Shown: positions 26,501 to 40,430 of the stretch, one piece after another | Layout: the number at the start of each line of letters is the position of its first letter | Numbering within the stretch: the stretch's first letter is position 1 | DNA from: Azolla caroliniana | Taxonomy: Eukaryota > Plantae > Polypodiophyta | Assembly (NCBI GenBank): GCA_043228905.1 | Contig: JBHGNT010000007.1 | Location: 4,216,001-4,280,000 of the forward strand | Direction of reading: 5' to 3' | Length of the DNA: 64,000 nt | The notes under the pieces: model-generated | The model's input: only the letters and a program-made list of their open reading frames with translations | Database searches by the model: none | Told to the model about the DNA's origin: nothing | Made by a program: the position numbers and the translations under genes

Positions 26501-27146
26501 GGTCTCTATGCAAAATTGGAGAAGTGTAGTTTCGACCAGTGTCAAGTGGAATTTTTGGGGTACATAGTCTCTTCAACTGGCATCTCTATGGATCCATCAA
26601 AGGTTCAAACAATTTTGGATTGGCAAACACCACAGTCTGTGTGAGCTGTACAATGTTTTTTGGGGTTCGCAAACTTTTATCGCAAGTTCATCAAAGATTA
26701 TTCAAAGATTGTATTGCCCCTCACTCAACTAACGCGCAAGAATCAACCATTTGTATGGGGTATAGATGCGAACTCTGCATTTGAGGGTTTAAAGCAAGCA
26801 TTTACATCTGCACCAATTTTAATGCATCTCGATCCAATGAGGCGCTTTATACTTGAAGCTGATGCATCTGATTTCGCACTTGGAAGCGTACTATCCCAGA
26901 TTGGTGAAGATGGCGAACTGCACCCTGTGGCTTTTCATTCACGGAAATTTGAAGCCGCAGAAATCAACTATGAGATTCACGACAAAGAGCTTCTTGCCAT
27001 TGTGGATTCTTTTCAACAATGGCGTCATTTTTTGGAGGGCTCTTCTCAACAGATTATTGTCTTCAATGATCACAAAAATCTAACATACTTCCAAAGTGCT
27101 CGAGTCTTGAATCGTCGACAAGCTCGTTGGGCGCAGTTCTTAACTC
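23531..27146 (+). mobile_element. Tcn1-like chromovirus (Ty3/Gypsy) copy 1: 5' LTR 23531-24017, gag, PR-RT-RNase H; 3' part deleted
   Basis: TGTCA...CGACA LTR with TATAAATA. Gag carries a CCHC knuckle (CLYCGGPGHIAVNC), followed by protease LLDSGA, RT YLDD and RNase [10 protein letters not shown]. Premature TGA codons at 24384 and 26642. Confidence 0.9.
24102..25229 (+). pseudogene. Gag of chromovirus copy 1 (internal TGA)
   Basis: ORFs 24102-24386 and 24408-25229 are in one frame; copy 2 has CGA at the TGA position. Confidence 0.85.
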
Positions 27147-30100
27147 GTTTGAACCAATTTTCTTCCTTTCATCTCTTCGTCTTCCACAAATCCTAACAAG
27201 TTCTCTTCTTCCTTCTCCTCTCCTCTCGTAAGCTATGGAGTCCGCGAGCAAACAAGAATGCATGTGTGTTCTTTCTGAGCTCGACATGCTCACGAATAAA
27301 TTTGTGGCATTAGAGCATGAGAATCAAAGGCTACTTGGAGATCTACAACACGTGAGCGCCGAAAAAGCTCAACAATATGAAGAGTTATCACAGCGGGTTC
27401 ATCAACTCGAGGCGACTATATTGTCATTACGTGAGCAAGCGTTGGGGGCTCAGAACTCCCCTAGAGATCCAAATATCAGCCTCCCTGCCAAGTTTGATGG
27501 TACGAGGTCTTTATTTCGAGGCTTTTTTAATCAAGTTTGTCTAGTTATTCAGCTACATCCCAATCGGTATCCAACTGATGCTGCTCGTGTGGGATTAGTG
27601 GGAACTTTGCTATGCGGTACAACGTTACCATGGTTCGCACCACTTCTCGAGAAGAAATCACCATTGCTGGAGGATTTCGAGGCATTTGTTAAAGAGTTTC
27701 AAGCTAGTTTCGGAGACACCGACAACACTAGGACAACGATAAACAAGATTCAAAGGTTCCGACAAGGAGATCGTCCCGCGTCGTCTTATGCAGCCGATTT
27801 CCGTCTCTTGGCATGCGATATCCCTTGGGATGAGGCAGCTTTAATGGATCAATTCCGTCAAGGTTTGAGAAATGATGTCAAAGATCTTCTTCTTACTTTC
27901 CCTGAAGATCCGCAGTCACTTACAGAAGCCATTAGTCGAGCTGTGCGATGTGATAATCGCCTATTTGAGCGACGTTCTGAGCGCCAACAAATGTTACGCC
28001 GCCAACCTGAGCAGACTTACGCTTCCGTAGTCGCAACGCCTCCACAAGTTTCTAGACCCATTACAAGGGATGGCCCAACTCCGATGGAAATAGAGTCAAC
28101 ACAACGTCGTGGGCCGTTATCAGTTGCTGAGAAGCAACGACGTCGAGCGCATCACCTCTGCCTGTATTGTGGCGGTCCAGGACATATAGCTGTAAATTGT
28201 CCACATAAACCTAGGCGTCAAGTATACCAAGTAAGTGCCCATGAAAACCCTACATTGAGTTCTATTGTTACTTCTAATAACATAAATAAGCCTCATAGTC
28301 CATGCCATGAGAATAGATTCGATGTCTTGAGTCAATTAGAGGATGTGTTAAACGAGTAAGTCCGGCCAAAATAGGAGCCATTTGGCTAGACCATCCTAGC
28401 TATGTAGAGTTAGTTCCTAGTCGTGGTTCCATTTCATCAAATCAAGTGAGTCGAGTTTTTTCAGCACAAGTCAAGCTTACCACATCTGCATGTCATCGAG
28501 TCCTAGCCTCTGCCCTTCTAGATTCTGGAGCCAACTCTTGTTTCATGGATCGTGAATTTGCCTTGTCACAAAACATCCTCTTGAATAAGCTTCCCTGCCC
28601 TGTAGCCGTAGGAGTCATTGATGGACGTCCCATAGCATCAGGAGATATAGTCGAGGAGTCCGAGCCAATTAGGATAGTTCTTGGCAATTTGGCAAGCATA
28701 ATCTCTTTCAACATTATTCGTAGTCCGGAACACCCAATAGTTCTAGGTCTCCCTTGGTTTGAACTCCATAACCCGAAGATTGATTGGATGAAAAGAACTA
28801 TTGAGGAGAGCCGGGAAAAAAGCACAAACCCTGCATCCCTCTCTCCTACATGTGATAATAGATCCCCAGAGTTATCACCCACCTCTTTACGACAGTTGCG
28901 GGAGGAAGGGGGAAATGAGGCCATGTTCATCTTCGCAATAATAGCAACTCCATCATCCACTTCACGTGAAGCGGATATTAAACTACCAGAGAAATACAAG
29001 GAGTTTTTAGATGACTTTGATAAGGTGAAGGCCAATACATTGTTGGAGCATTGGCCATACGACTACCCTATTGACTTACAACCAGGGAAAGAACCTCCAT
29101 GGGGCCCAATTTATAATCTCTCCCCTGTAGAGCTAGAAACTTTGCGGGAATATATTGATGAGAATCTGGCAAACAGATTCATTTGGCATTCTAGATCCCC
29201 TGCTGGTGCACCTATCTTCTTCATTAAGAAGAAGAATGGGACTCTTCGGTTGGTCGTGGATTATCGAGGGCTAAACAAAGTGACTATCCAGAATATATAT
29301 GCTCTACCATTAATCCCGAATCTTTTGGAACGTCTCAGTGGTGCAAAATATTTCACGAAGTTGGACCTTCGTGGAGCATATAATCTAGTTCGGATTCGCC
29401 CGGGGGATGAATGGAAGACAACTTTTCGCACTCGCTATGGACATTTTGAGTATACAGTGATGCCATTCGGTCTCACGAATGCACCTGTTGTTTTCCAACA
29501 TATGGCGAACGATATTTTTCGAGATTTGCTTGATATCTTCACTATAGTTTACCTAGATGATATTTTAATCTACTCAAAGACCCAAGAGGAGCATGATGAA
29601 CATGTTCGTCAGGTATTGCGTCGACTCCGAGAATATGGTCTCTACGCAAAATTAGAAAAGTGTAGTTTCGGCCAGAATCAAGTGGAATTTTTGGGGTATG
29701 TTGTATCGCCAAATGGTATTGCTATGGACCCCATGAAGGTACAAGCAATTTTAGAATGGCAAACGCCCCTTTCAGTGTGTGATGTGCAATGTTTTCTCGG
29801 GTTTGCAAATTTTTATCGAAAATTTATTAAAGATTATTCCAAGGTTGTGCTTCCGCTTACTCAGCTCACACATAAAGATCGACCATTTATATGGAGTTCA
29901 GATGCAGCCGAGGCATTTGAAAGCTTAAAACGAGCATTTACAACGGCACCTATCTTAGCACATGTCGACCCAACAAAACGCTTCATCCTCGAAGCCGATG
30001 CATCTGATTTTGCACTAGGGAGTGTCCTCTCGCAGACTAGAGATGATGAACAACTACACCCTGTTGCCTTTCATTCACGAAAGTTTGAAGCTGCAGAGAT

Positions 30101-31670
30101 CAACTACGAGATCCATGACAAAGAGCTTCTTGCAATCGTGGATTCGTTTCAACAATGGCGACATTTCCTAGAAGGTTCTTCTCAGTAGATCATTGTCTAC
30201 AATGATCATAAGAACCTGACTTATTTCCAAAATGCTCGAGTCTTGAGTCGGCGACAAGCCCAGTGGGCACAAATTTTTACTCACTTCGATTTTATCATCA
30301 TATATCGCCCTGGGCCCAACGAGCTTGAACACCCAGTTCAATTGGCATGATGGTTTGCTTTTTCGACAAACTCTCTTGTATGTGCCTGACGGTCCTTCTC
30401 GACTCAAAGTCGTGCAACAATGTCATGACACGCCAATGGCTGGACATTTCGGCATCCACAAGACTTTTGAGTTGATTTCTCGCCGATATTGGTGGCCACG
30501 GCTTCGCCATTTTGTTACAGATTATGTTCGTAGTTGTGATACATGTTGCCGATCAAAAAAGCCTCGACATCATCCATATGGCCTATTACAGCCAATGTCT
30601 ATTCCGGAGAGCCCATGGAAATCTATTTCCTTGGACTTTATTACGGATCTTCCACCTTCCAAGGGATTTGATTCTATTCTCACGGTAGTCGATCGTTTTA
30701 CGAAGATGGCGCATTTCCTTCCATGCACGAAGACCATTACTAGTCAAGAGATAGCTGATTTACTCATGCGGGAAGTGTTTCGCCATCATGGTCTTCCGGA
30801 TGATATTATCAGTGATTGAGGTCCCCAATTCATCTCGAAATTTTGGCGGCACATGTTCAAACTCTTACATACTTCTTGTAAACTCTCTTCCGGCTACCAT
30901 CCAGAGACTAATGGGCAGAGTGAGCACACCAACCAAACAGTCGAACAATATCTACGTTGTTTTGTCAACTATCAACAAGATGATTGGGTGGATTTATTAC
31001 ATTTGGCGGAATTTGCTTACAACAACTCCGAACATTCTTCTACTGGCTATTCCCCATTTTTTGCTAACATTGGGTACCATCCTCGTTGGACGATGCTTGA
31101 ACATCCCGAACTCCCGAAAAACCCGGCTGCTGAAGATCGGCTCACTCGACTCCAAGAAATTCAAGATATACTTTTGCATCATTTATGTGATGCCCAAAAC
31201 ACTCAAAAGAAGATTGTTGATCGTCATCGGCGTGATTCATCGACTACGTTTCAAGTAGGAGATCGTGTATGGCTCTTACAAGGTAGCATTAAAACCACTC
31301 GACCTTGTTACAAATTGGATTATCAACGTTTCGGCCCATATGTGATCTCTGGTAAGATCAATGATGTGACATTTCGTCTTGATCTCCCTCCTCATATGCA
31401 TCTTCACCCGGTCTTCCATGTTTCACTTTTGGAGCCCTACACAACAAGCTCTATTCCGGGTCGTCTTACACCTCCCCCACCTCCAATCGAAGTTTCCAAT
31501 GGCTCTGAATATGAGGTTGCTGCTATTCTCGACTCCAAGATCATCCGCAACAAACTATATTATTTGGTTGATTGGTTAGGTTATACACCTAATGATCGAA
31601 CATGGGAGCCTGCCGAGAATCTTGCTAATGCCTCCGACATGGTTGTTGCATTTCACGACAAATATCCCCA
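27147..31670 (+). mobile_element. Tcn1-like chromovirus copy 2 internal domain: gag 27235-28359, pol with integrase and chromodomain; no LTRs
   Basis: Paralogous gag/pol, integrase HHCC (HDTPMAGHFG..CDTC), GPY motif and chromodomain EYEVAAILDSK..YLVDWLGYTPNDRTWEP. It starts at the PBS-like GTTTGAACC and ends abruptly after DKYP. Confidence 0.92.
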
Positions 31671-32236
31671 TGGTTGTGGTCGACCAAGGTTTTGCATAAA
31701 TTTGCTTTCTATGCCCACCACATGCACTAAATCTCATTGGATTGCAACCATCACGTACATCAAAGAGCCAATAGTTGTTGTGTGTGGTATTGACTTCATG
31801 TAATCCCCCTGTAGACCGAGGGCCAAGTAATCTTTTTGAGAAACCCAAAGGTTGGCATATAGTGGTGTCCATGCATGTTTGGTCAAATGCATGTTGAATC
31901 TCCCTGAAATTTGTCAAATGTAATTGGCATGAGATGTATACAATTGTCATTTTATCTTCATCTTAAGTTATGTCGGGCACGACAAGGGCATTACCTAAGT
32001 CCTTCTTGGTAAGATTTGACGATAGTTGTGGTCGAAGGTTGGTGAGCTCACCAACATTTTGTCCGACTAGCAACACACGTCACAACATGACACAAGGAGT
32101 CTATGGTGGATAAAGATTAGACCAATAAAAATATATATCTAACTTTGGGAATAATAAGGTGGCATGACCATCAATTGTATGCTTCATACGTTGAAACTTG
32201 AGTATCTCCTCTCGACACTATTATTTTCTTGATCTA

Positions 32237-32622
32237 TGTTGAGAATCAAGCTCAACCTAGTCTAGTGTGTGAACACACCCTTGATAGTGTATGAACACTC
32301 AAAGGTCAAAAGTCACACCACTACTCTCTACACATTAACTATGTGTCATAGAATCATATTCTATGACACGTAACTAATGAGTTTCCACATCCCCCATGAC
32401 GGCTAAGCTTCAATAGTTAATGAAGAGAGAGGGTGACTATATAAAGCACCCTCCTCCTACTTTGTAATAAGTCGGTTAATCTCCTTTGTAAAATACAATT
32501 TTCTTGAGTATTCTATTTTCCACCCTATCTATCTTGTGTCTCTCTCGTCTCCTCTTCTCAAACACACACACAACACATCTCTAACCTATTCCGCTGCATA
32601 GAATCACCATCGATTCTTTACA
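32237..32622 (+). mobile_element. Solo LTR related to the 12143-18057 Copia family; TSD ATCTA
   Basis: TGTTGAGAATCAA...GATTCTTTACA matches the reverse complement of the 12143/17684 LTR termini, with ATCTA on both sides. Confidence 0.88.
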
Positions 32623-33519
32623 ATCTATCATTCATCTTTTTTATCCATATCCTATTCTAGCCACCCAATGTAATGGGGTTGGGGATTTTATCCTCAATTG
32701 TATATTGTTGCAAGCTTCACAGGACTATCATGAATCATTGTAATTTTCTTATAGAAAGCTATGTAAATTTGGAAAAGGTTTCCATTAGTTCTTATGTGGT
32801 CTATAATCAAGAGAGGCGATACTGGAGTCTATAAATCTTGATGGTCACCATGCAATTGTCAAGGAAATTTTATGGGAATCGTGATGAGATTTTCATATCA
32901 TCAATTGACGTTCTCAACAATAAATTATCAGCAAATGAAATTTTGATTGATGGCAAGAGTTGAATATGCAATACCTAGTTTCTAGGAAACAAGTGCTCGA
33001 CCAACTAAGTAACATTGACCATGCCTTTCAAGGATACCAAGTGCAATCATCACTCAATGGCCGAGGGTCATTGGACGAATCGATACACACATCTTCATGC
33101 AGGACAACACACAAAGGAGAAAAAGGGGCTTCTATGATAGAACATACAAATGCCCATGTATTTTATCACAAGAAAGAAGAGAAGGACTGTGCATAGTCAA
33201 CGCACAAAAGAGGTGGCATTTTGTGCATTGCCTATACATGAAAGAGGAGTAAACTTCATGCATTGCTTGTTCCGAAGGAGGGGAAAAGGGATGACCCATT
33301 GTACCCATTGTTACTTGGTACCTGACCTACTAACAATGAATTGATGACCCAAGGTGCACGAAAGAGCAACTACCCAATGATACCCAACCGGAAACCCGAT
33401 GCAACACACAAAGCCTCGTGTGTTGCATGTGCAAAAGAGAGCATCCATAATTGAGCAACTGAAGCAACGTTGATCCACTACACAAGGGGTTGACCTTGTT
33501 GTCCTCACTCAATAGCCTT

Positions 33520-34040
33520 CCTTTGTACACAAAATTACATACATAACACTTATATAATAAATTAATACATGTACACATTCATTATTATCTTTCACACAAA
33601 CAATATATACATACATAAAACATTACCTTTTGCACATATTTAAAACAATTATCACATACATATGCCCTTGTGAACAAATATACATAAAGACATAACACAC
33701 ACGAATACATATGTAAACATACGTACCCACATTTACATACTTCTATACATTAATATCCACATATATACATATATACATACTTACACACTCGTATACACAT
33801 ACAAATACCCTCATACGCAATACATTAAAACATTTACACAACTAACAACCCTCACATATATACATACCCATATACTCTCATACCCCTTTCCATTGATATA
33901 TTAATATATGTATATATCCCTAAATACTTACTCGTATACAAGTATACATATATGATGATATATCTACTCATACACATCCAATCACATGCACATGATATAC
34001 ATGCACACTTACACAAAAAACATTATATATACTTGCATAG
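33520..34040. repeat. Low-complexity TACA/CATA-rich tract
   Basis: Degenerate tetranucleotide-like composition seen directly. Confidence 0.6.
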
Positions 34041-36424
34041 GACCACAAGAAAAGCAACAATAAAAAAATTTGGAAAAAAAGCAACAATAAATTGAATAAG
34101 TTTCCACACTTACCGTACTACACCATCACTTTCCCCACACAAAGCATCTGAGTTAATATTAGTCAAAGGCACTCAAGTGAGAAGTTGGTGTTGACTTCGG
34201 TTAATATTCTAGGAGAACTATTACTCTCGTAGAATTGACATTCTTGGAAGTGTTCTAGCACATATCAAGTGGAACTTCGTTTATTTGCAATTCTCAATCA
34301 AGATCGATACATCTTCCTTAATTTAGGTCTAGACGGTTCTGTTCACATCTCACGTGCACATGCCTAACTTTGCAACAACATAGAGGATGAGATAGATGGC
34401 TAATCCATCAAATGTGTCATTCAAATATGGGTGGTGGTCATTATCTATAAGAGAAAATCCGGCCAACTACATAAAATCGTTGAAATTTCAATACCGTTGT
34501 CAAGGCACTTTCTTTAGGCCATATAGACTCTTTAGTATTATGCATACTAGACACTTCTAGTGAGGTGACAGGAAACCTTTTGGATGCTCCACATAAATTT
34601 CTTCATACTCAACAACTACTAGCTCTCAGTCCTCAATAACAACTAGCCCAAAATAAGGATCAAATAGTTGACATTTTCCTCATTGGTGAAAAAATCTTGC
34701 CAAAATTGACATTGTATTCTTGTCGAATATCTTTTTATAACTAAATTGACCTTATACTTGGCACTAGCCGAATCATATATCTAGTTGAGTTGGAATATCC
34801 ATTTGCACAAAAATGTGTGTCGAATCATTGGCAATGGAACTAGGTATCAAGTATTGTTTTCTTGAATGCAATTCATCCCTAACTTCATAGCAAATTGACA
34901 AGTATTGTAACCTATAGTTTGATGTCATACCTTCTTTATAATTTGAAGGTTCATTGACATCTATGTAGAGAATATTGGGTGAATATCATTCGGGTAGATG
35001 AGACAATCTCTCAAACTAGGGCGGTCATAAGATTGGGCTCATTGGATATCATTGATGATTTCTTTTGTAGTGACGGGGATGCTAACTATTGTTTATATGA
35101 TCTAAAGTGCAAGATCAATTGCTTGCAAGTAGCTAATTGGGTGTGTTGAGTTGGGTTATTGAGAGAAGCAATCGGATCAAGAAAGGTAACTCATGTAAGT
35201 TCAAAGGTGTTTGACTACGTTGTGCATTGCCAACTCGTTGAAGATGACATCCAAACTTCAAACAATTTGTCTGGCATTGGGGTTCCACAATCAATAGCCA
35301 AATTACCGTTGGAGCCATAGCCCATAAATATCACTTTTGGGAGTGAGATGTAAACTTTCTTCTCTCATCCTTGGGCTCAATGGGAAACACTTCACATCCG
35401 AATATCCTAATTTTGTCACATTCAGGATGTTTGTTGGTCCAAAGCTCTTGCAGGATCTTGAAATGGAGAGCTCTATTGGGCGACATTTTGGTGATGTGCA
35501 CCACAATGACTAGAGCCTTGTCCCAAAAGCCATCAAATAGACCCAAGTGTTTCAACATGGCAACCATTTTTTCTAGAATTGTTCAGTTCATTCATTCAAG
35601 AATGTCATTCTACTCCACACTACATGGTGTTTGTGAACGCACATTGGATACCTCTTTGTTTGTAGAACAAGGTAAATTCATGAGGCTTGTACTCCAAAGC
35701 TCAAGCATTTCAATTTACAATCCTTCAGACTTTTAAACCAGGAAGATGGCAAATACTTTGTGTGTGGTTCTAATTGAATAGACCCACCTTTCCTAGTACC
35801 ATAATTGATGAACGTGACAAATTATAAGGCACCAATAAGAGATTGATTTGGCATTGGTCCACAAATGTCTGAGTGAACCAAATAAAGTGGTTTTGATTCT
35901 CTTGGTGTGTTAGTCGGGTGAGGCTGCATTATTGCCGTATGGGAAATGCTCACAAAACTAATGTTGGAATAGGAGAGTTGGTGAATGTAACCAACCTTAG
36001 ATTGATGCGTCAATGCCAAAATTGCTCTAGTGTACAAGTATCCTATGCCATAACAAGGACATAAGATGATCAACAAAATTAGTCCACTCTCCCATTGAGT
36101 GACACATATACGAGGTGTGTACCTTAGGTCCCCAAGCAAGTGGGAGGTTCCCTTTATGGATCGAAAACCCTCTTGTCAAGAAGTTAGTTTGGAAACTTCA
36201 TTGAGTTGTCTAGCTAATATAACATCAGTTGTAACAAAGGTCAAAGAGCATGTTGGAGATGGTGTTTTTTAGAAAACAAAAACCTATCACTCTCCCCGAA
36301 ATCCTTTGCTTTGACACCAAATGTTGATATTAGGGCAAATATTGGGTGCGAAATCAAAATGATTTTGTCTATGTAAGATTCAAGGCAATGGAAGCATGAA
36401 ACCATGAATAGGGTGAGAGATAGA

Positions 36425-36610
36425 TAGATACATAGATTCTATTATCGTCTTCAGAGGTCAAATATGACCTATGAGACAAAAAATATTACATTTCACATGA
36501 TACACGTGAAAGTAGCAACTTTACCAATTAATGTTGCAATCGAGAGTGCACCTTGTGGTTGTGCGAGGAATTCGTGCAAGGATTGGGTTTGGTCAAAGAT
36601 GTATGGAAAG

Positions 36611-36612
<2 letters not shown>
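36425..36612 (-). mobile_element. Second copy of the (AG)n-associated non-LTR 3' end
   Basis: Aligns by eye with 3560-3750 and has the same AGGTCAAATATGACCT hairpin. It is flanked by GAGATAGA and a long (AG)n tract. Confidence 0.55.
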
Positions 36613-36669
<57 letters not shown>

Positions 36670-37278
36670 TAGGCACTTAGAATTATTCTTTATTATCTCC
36701 AAGTTCAAAATTTCACAAGCACATGCATCTAAGATACAACTTAGGGTTAACATAACCCTTTTGACTATTTACATAAATAGCTAACACAAAGCTCATAGCA
36801 TGTATGTGACCATTGCCACACATACTATAGTTTAACACCAACTTTGTGTCATTCACTTTTCGCTACAAATTATGATGTAAAAGGGTTGATCATTATCATA
36901 TATAGACGTCTAGAAAAGGTAAACCCTTGTCCATATCTGCAAAGAAATCATGATCAAGATAACTCGTACAATAATCAATTGAATGAGTTATCCCAATTAA
37001 TAAATTGTATTTTGTTATGCATTTTTCACTAGAATGTGATGGCTAAGTGTTGGCTTTATATTCTCTCGAAACAAAGGTTTCTCATTCTCCAAATCATCAT
37101 TTTGGTGGGTGTTGGTTTTTCTTTTTCACTTCTCGCTCCCCGTATTACTTGTAGAGTCTACCCCAACGCATAAACATTAGTTGACAATGATCGAAGATGC
37201 TACTTATTGCGACACTAGATGGTGGCAAGCACAATTTGGTCACACATCTCTCTACCAATATTAGTATATTAACATGCC

Positions 37279-38059
37279 TAGCAATGGGCACGGTTTCAGC
37301 TCAAACCGAACCGAACAATTAAACCATGGTTTAATGGTTTATTGGTTCCAAAAAAATTTAATGGTTTGGATTTTCGATAAACAGTTTGGTTTAAGTTCGG
37401 TTTGGTTCTAAAACTCAGGTTTATAAGTTTTTGGTTAACTTTTTTTTAACCTTAATAGTTTATTGATTTAATGGTTTAATTAATGGTTTTTTATTGATTT
37501 AATTAAGGGAAAAGTACCAATATACCCCTGGAAGCTCGTCTATTTATCAGAATGCCCCTGGAAGTTTCAAATGTAAAAAAAAGTACACTTTATAAAGTAA
37601 TTATACACTCAAATCTACAAGCCCTATTTACGAAAGATGGAAGAAATGGACCCGAACTAGCCCTATTTACCAAATATTTGAGTGTATAATTACTTTATAA
37701 AACGTAATTTTATGGACATAGGGGTAGTTTGGTAAATTTGGAACTTTTAGGGGCATTCTAGTAAATAGATGAACTTCCAAGGGTATCCTGGTACTTTTCC
37801 CTTTAATTAATTTGACTTAAATGTTTATTCAATTTAATGGTTCAATTAAAGTTTCTTTTATTGATTTATTAAATTTATCTTAAATTCTTATTTAATTTAA
37901 TGTATTTTTGTTTATTTAGATGTTTATTTAGTTTGATTTAAGTGGTTAGGTTTAATTTTTATTATTAAATGGTTCGGCTTGGTTTTAACTTTTCCCTAAA
38001 CGGTTTGGTTTTAAATGGTTTGGTTTCTTTGCCTTGAAACCGAACCGCGCCCATTGCTA
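37279..38059. mobile_element. Non-autonomous hAT element; 8-bp TSD AACATGCC
   Basis: TIRs TAGCAATGGGCACGGTT / AACCGCGCCCATTGCTA, subterminal AAACC/GGTTT motifs and identical 8-bp flanks. Confidence 0.92.
37507..37801. mobile_element. Mutator-type MITE nested in the hAT element; 9-bp TSD TTTAATTAA
   Basis: Long TIRs GGGAAAAGTACCA... / ...TGGTACTTTTCCC with an identical 9-bp flank on both sides. Confidence 0.9.
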
Positions 38060-38716
38060 AACATGCCTATATTTTCGCCTTTTCTATTATACTCATCTAT
38101 ATAATAATATCCATGCCATTCATGGGAATTTAAATGTTTTGACACTTGTGTGCAATAGATAGCGCAAGTGATTTCATTGCAACAATTTTTTACATCATGG
38201 AAAGACCCCATAATGAGGTAATGAAGAGCCTCAAGATGCCGATCTTTGATGGGTTGTCAAAACTTCAATAAAGTATAGAGGATAAAATTGATTGATTCGC
38301 CTTCCTTTCCTATCGACTTCCATGCCATGACATATCTTACCCTCTATGTCTCTCTTTTCATCTCGATAAATCTTTGTGAAGGGACACGATGTGATAGTCC
38401 TTATCAGATCTGAAAGGCAAACCTTGGGACATTTTCACCTTGGTTCATCTACATCAAAATGTTACACTGACATATAATACTACATAAATGTTATAACACA
38501 CATACAATTTTTTAAAATAGGGGCACAAAACCTTGTGAGTGACACGTTATGACATGCATATAGGGAAGTAATATGTCACGATGAGTGACAAATAGACAAT
38601 CTATTTATTTCTCCATTTCATTAATCAACAAAAGGAGTTGGACCCGTAAAAATTCGGCCGTGATTGAGACACTATTGTCTCCATCTTCGGACATTTCCCT
38701 CCTTTTTGGTTCTATT

Positions 38717-39360
38717 TTAAAATTTGAGTGGCTAAAAAAAGTTGTTGTTCAAACTTCGGAACAACATTCCAATTTCCCACCCACCATTAATTATATCTTA
38801 CTTTTAGTGGCCTATATTTCCTATTGCAATATCTATGCATTGGCTAGCATATGCACAAACTGATCCTATATCATAAAAAACAAAGCGAAAAACGGGAAAT
38901 TTGCTAGAATTCAACGTACGAGATTTCGGAAAAACATGTTTGCTTATTTTCAACATATGGCTTTGTTGAAGCCGAGCTCCTATTGACATGGAAGTCATGA
39001 TTCAATTATATACACACACTAAAGTATCTTAAAATTTGAGTGGCTAAAAAAAGTTGTTGTTCAAACTTGGGAACAACATTCCAATTTCCCACCCCCCACC
39101 CACCATTAATTATATCTTTCTTTTAGTGGCCTATATTTCCTATTACAATATCTATGCATTGGCTAGCATGATGCACAAATTGATAGTTTGATCCTATATC
39201 ATAAAAAACAAAGTGAAAAAACGGGAAATTTGCTAGAATTCAACGTACGAGATTTCGGAAAAACATGTTTGCTTATTTTCAACATATGGCTTTGTTGAAG
39301 CCGAGCTCCTATTGACATGGAAGTCATGGCTCAATTATATACACACATAAAAGTATCTTA
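38717..39360. repeat. Recent ~312-330 bp tandem duplication
   Basis: Near-identical units starting TTAAAATTTGAGTGGCT at 38717 and 39029. Confidence 0.92.
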
Positions 39361-40028
39361 ACCATGAATTTCATTTCATTAGGACCTCGAATAGACACAA
39401 TCTATATAGGTAAATTTGGAAATAAGCACGCATGTTTTTTGTTCGTTCAGAATCTCTTATATGAGGTTACCGAAGATCATTGTAAACAAAAATTAGAACT
39501 ATGGATACATATTAGTAGCCACTCTTGAAGCGAAAAGTGTCGCAAAGTGCTACTTGATCTGTTAAATTAGGAGCTTGAATTCACGAATAAGATGGGCTAA
39601 AATAAAAGATGAATGTGTAGAATTGATGCAAATACATTGAGTGAGGTGTTCATGGGTATATGGCTACGGGGCCATGCATGAGCTTCGACCAACTGATCAA
39701 CTGACAATGAAGGATGTACCACGTATATTATGTATATATACATACGGAGAACCACAATGTGTGCCTTATCTCGGCTATGGTTTCTCTTTCATGTTATGCA
39801 TTTGCTCTACCTCTCAAGTTTTCAGGCTATATGGTAGGCCAGTTTTCATGTACAAATATGGAGGCACTTGTGAGTGAGGCTTCTTTCATTTAGTGTTACA
39901 TTCATGCTTGCTTATACATACTAATGCACATACATACATACATGTATATATATATATGTATATGAGCAAAAAGAAAAAGAAATTAGAAAATTAGAAAATT
40001 AGAAAATAAGAAAAAGGTTGGTAATAAT

Positions 40029-40430
40029 AACATAAAAAGATAAAACATTTAAAAAAAATTTAAACGAAAAAGTTTACAAATGAAAAACTTTTAAAAATGA
40101 AAAGTATGAAATGAACAAGTAAAACTTAATTGTTTTTGTAAAAATAAAAATTTAAAATAAAATAATTATTTAAAAAATTGTAAAAATAAAAAATTCAGAA
40201 CTAAATTTAAACAGCAAAAAATTCAAAAATAAAATAAAAACATAAAAAGATAAAACATTTAAATAAAATTTAAACGGAAAAGTTAAAAAATGAAAAGCGT
40301 TTAAAAATGAAAAGTATAAATGAAGAAGTAAAACTTAAAAACAGTTTGTAAAAAATAAAAATTTAAAAAATTGTAAAAATAAACAATTCAGAAATAAATT
40401 TTAAACAATAAAAATTCAAAAATAAAATTT
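40029..40430. repeat. A-rich ~210 bp tandem duplication
   Basis: AACATAAAAAGATAAAACATTTAAA recurs at ~40029 and ~40239 with collinear downstream sequence. Confidence 0.75.

Larger units (their letters stand above)
31671..36420 (-). mobile_element. Highly decayed Copia element(s) with nested insertions
   Basis: Minus-strand RT C-terminus (MKSIP..IGSLMYVMV) at ~31750, LKSLYGLKK at ~34520, integrase LVHSDICGPMP at ~35870, and PBS-like TGGTGTCAAAGC at ~36308-36320. Confidence 0.65.

Noticed and set aside
33189-33240. ~21-bp imperfect hairpin
   Set aside because: It is isolated within decayed TE sequence with no supporting context.
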